A DNA stretch of 33,365 bases from a virus, in IMG/VR virus record IMGVR_UViG_3300045988_083077; one strand, written 5' to 3'. Under the pieces are notes generated by a model. That model searched no databases, was not told the DNA's origin, and was given only the letters and a program-made list of their open reading frames with translations. Numbering within the stretch: the stretch's first letter is position 1; each line of letters starts with the position of its first letter. The translations under genes were made by a program, and so were the position numbers. Of this stretch, positions 32,401 to 33,365 are shown piece by piece.

Positions 32401-32470
32401 TATAGTAAATAGAAAGTGAAAGGGGAGGTATTCCCCCTTTCGCTCGTTGTTAACTAGGAGGATAAACAAT

Positions 32471-32929
32471 ATGGAAAAGGGAAAATATACACACAAAGAT
32501 TTTAAAACAATGGTAAAACTAGTAGAACTTGAAGGGTATGAATATCGTTATAACAGTAACCTTGGTGAGCACGACTTTAAAGATACAGCAGCAGGGGAAA
32601 TAGTAAGTATTAAAGATTACGAAGGCAAAGAAGGTGGCAGTGATTGGGATAAAATCTGTGAGGCTATTTCTGAGTGGTTTGGTGAAATAATTCCAGGCAT
32701 TCACAAAAAATATGAAGTATGGCATTTATCGGATGCAGCAAACAACGGCTTTGCCGAAGAGTGGCTTATACTTGCAACTAATGATCTCAAAAAGGCAACT
32801 GAAGAGGCGAGGCATTTAAGAATGAAAATCAAAGGGAAAGAAGGAGTCGAGATAAGAACCGAGATTGATGATTCACAATTCGTATTAGATGGAATTAGCA
32901 ACTATGAATATAACAATGTACAATATTAG
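32471..32929 (+). CDS. Hypothetical protein (152 aa) whose C-terminal domain is paralogous to the preceding gene product
   Basis: ATG at 32471 lies after AGGAGG. The C-terminal HKKYEVWHLSDAANNGFAEEWLILATND...GVEIRTE aligns with the 65-aa protein. Confidence 0.65.
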   Translation: MEKGKYTHKDFKTMVKLVELEGYEYRYNSNLGEHDFKDTAAGEIVSIKDYEGKEGGSDWDKICEAISEWFGEIIPGIHKKYEVWHLSDAANNGFAEEWLILATNDLKKATEEARHLRMKIKGKEGVEIRTEIDDSQFVLDGISNYEYNNVQY

Positions 32930-32947
32930 AAACCAAAGAGGTAATAT

Positions 32948-33142
32948 ATGAACAAAACAGAAGATAATAACAAGATGAAAGAAATCCGAAAAATGACAGG
33001 GTATACGCAAGAGCAATTTGCTAAAGCATATGGAATACCGTATAGAACAATTAAAAGTTGGGAACTAGGAGACAGAGTACCTCCATCGTATGTTTTGAAT
33101 TTGCTTGAGTACAAAGTAAGTCACGATTTCAATAAAATGTAA
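32948..33142 (+). CDS. Small XRE-family HTH transcriptional regulator
   Basis: 64-aa ORF. MTGYTQEQFAKAYGIPYRTIKSWELGDRVPPSYVLNLL is a typical XRE HTH. Confidence 0.8.
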   Translation: MNKTEDNNKMKEIRKMTGYTQEQFAKAYGIPYRTIKSWELGDRVPPSYVLNLLEYKVSHDFNKM

Positions 33143-33152
33143 CAAAGGAATC

Positions 33153-33177
33153 AGGAGGGTTATCCCCTCCTTTTTTT
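33153..33177 (+). terminator. Rho-independent terminator ending the moron operon
   Basis: A 7-bp stem aggaggg / ccctcct with loop ttatc, followed by a T run. Confidence 0.75.
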
Positions 33178-33190
33178 ATTTAAAACAGAA

Positions 33191-33213
33191 GGGTGACACA
33201 CGGGGTGACACAC
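33191..33213 (+). promoter_or_regulatory. Two direct GGGTGACACAC repeats, candidate integrase arm-type binding sites
   Basis: gggtgacacac occurs at 33191..33201 and 33203..33213. A related gggtcacacat occurs at 105..115 in the same orientation next to attL. Confidence 0.4.
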
Positions 33214-33274
33214 TATTGGGGGTAAATGGGGGTATTTGGGACTAAAAAATAAAGAAATAAATAAAAACAAAAAA

Positions 33275-33315
33275 GCCTTGAAAAGTGTTAAAATACAGCA
33301 TTTTCAAGGCTTTTT
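33275..33315. terminator. Bidirectional hairpin terminator abutting attR; on the minus strand it follows the tRNA
   Basis: A 10-bp stem gccttgaaaa / ttttcaaggc with a 16-nt loop, flanked by an A run upstream and a T run downstream. Confidence 0.65.
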
Positions 33316-33365
33316 ATAGTGGTGCGCCATGAGGGGCTCGAACCCCCAACCTACTGATTCGTAGT
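33311..33365. repeat. attR core direct repeat
   Basis: Exact 55/55 match to 1..55. Confidence 0.9.
33320..33365 (-). tRNA. 3-prime part of a tRNA gene, read as tRNA-Arg (anticodon ACG); the 5-prime part lies beyond the window end
   Basis: The reverse complement reads a-CTACGAA (anticodon loop, ACG) - TCAGT - AGGTT (variable loop) - GGGGG TTCGAGC CCCTC (T arm) - ATGGCGC - A - CCA. The fold was built by hand. The window stops inside the anticodon stem. Confidence 0.7.

Larger units (their letters stand above)
1..33365. mobile_element. Integrated temperate siphovirus-type prophage, apparently complete from attL to attR
   Basis: Identical 55-bp direct repeats at both ends correspond to the 3-prime part of a tRNA. 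A tyrosine integrase lies next to the left repeat. Ordered lysogeny, early/DNA-modification, packaging, head, tail, lysis and moron modules lie in between. Confidence 0.9.

Noticed and set aside
32418-32441. Hairpin gaaagggg-aggtattc-cccctttc between the two paralogous moron genes, considered as a terminator.
   Set aside because: It lacks a downstream T run and sits 30 nt before the next RBS within what looks like one operon. It is more likely an mRNA stability or attenuation element, and evidence is too weak to annotate it.
1-33365. Search by eye for CRISPR arrays, reverse transcriptase/DGR or retron elements, transposases or IS ends, and additional tRNA genes.
   Set aside because: No regularly spaced repeat-spacer array was seen, no YxDD-type reverse transcriptase ORF, no DDE transposase-like ORF and no terminal inverted repeats. 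The only tRNA-like sequence is the att repeat.

Overview
The window is one apparently complete, integrated temperate siphovirus-type prophage of about 33.3 kb. It is bounded by identical 55-bp direct repeats (1..55 and 33311..33365). These repeats are the 3-prime part of a minus-strand tRNA, read by hand as tRNA-Arg with anticodon ACG. Gene families and AGGAG-type ribosome-binding sites suggest a low-GC Gram-positive (Clostridia-like) host; this is inference only.

Layout:
- Minus-strand lysogeny module (108..2490): tyrosine integrase, a stand-alone PD-(D/E)xK nuclease-like gene, and an XRE repressor.
- Divergent promoter/operator switch (2491..2622).
- Plus-strand early genes (2623..10043): Cro-like protein, secreted lytic transglycosylase, SSB, C5 DNA methyltransferase, YopX, DUF4406-like protein, HUH Rep-like protein, putative late activator.
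- ParB-domain N6/N4 methyltransferase, then terS and terL, portal, MuF-family protein, scaffold, major capsid, connector proteins and major tail protein.
- Tail chaperone pair with a likely -1 frameshift, 1002-aa tape measure, baseplate and receptor-binding proteins, holin and GH25 endolysin.
- A three-gene moron operon next to attR.

Main second-look items:
1. Both methyltransferase genes are interrupted by a +1 frame offset exactly at a G8 homopolymer. Both would be restored at G7. Every G run of 7 or more in the window lies in these two genes. This points to coordinated phase variation, or less interestingly to homopolymer assembly errors.
2. The MuF head-morphogenesis gene carries a low-GC C-terminal extension with an HExxH motif, followed by a translationally coupled small gene. 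This resembles a polyvalent or polymorphic-toxin architecture.
3. An HSDR_N-like nuclease-fold gene sits directly downstream of the repressor gene and is probably co-transcribed with it. It occupies the slot usually taken by an ImmA-type protease.
4. An HUH Rep-like protein is the only recognisable replication-initiator candidate.
5. A promoter-plus-terminator moron encodes two paralogous small proteins and an XRE regulator.

All homology statements come from motif recognition by eye. No searches were run.
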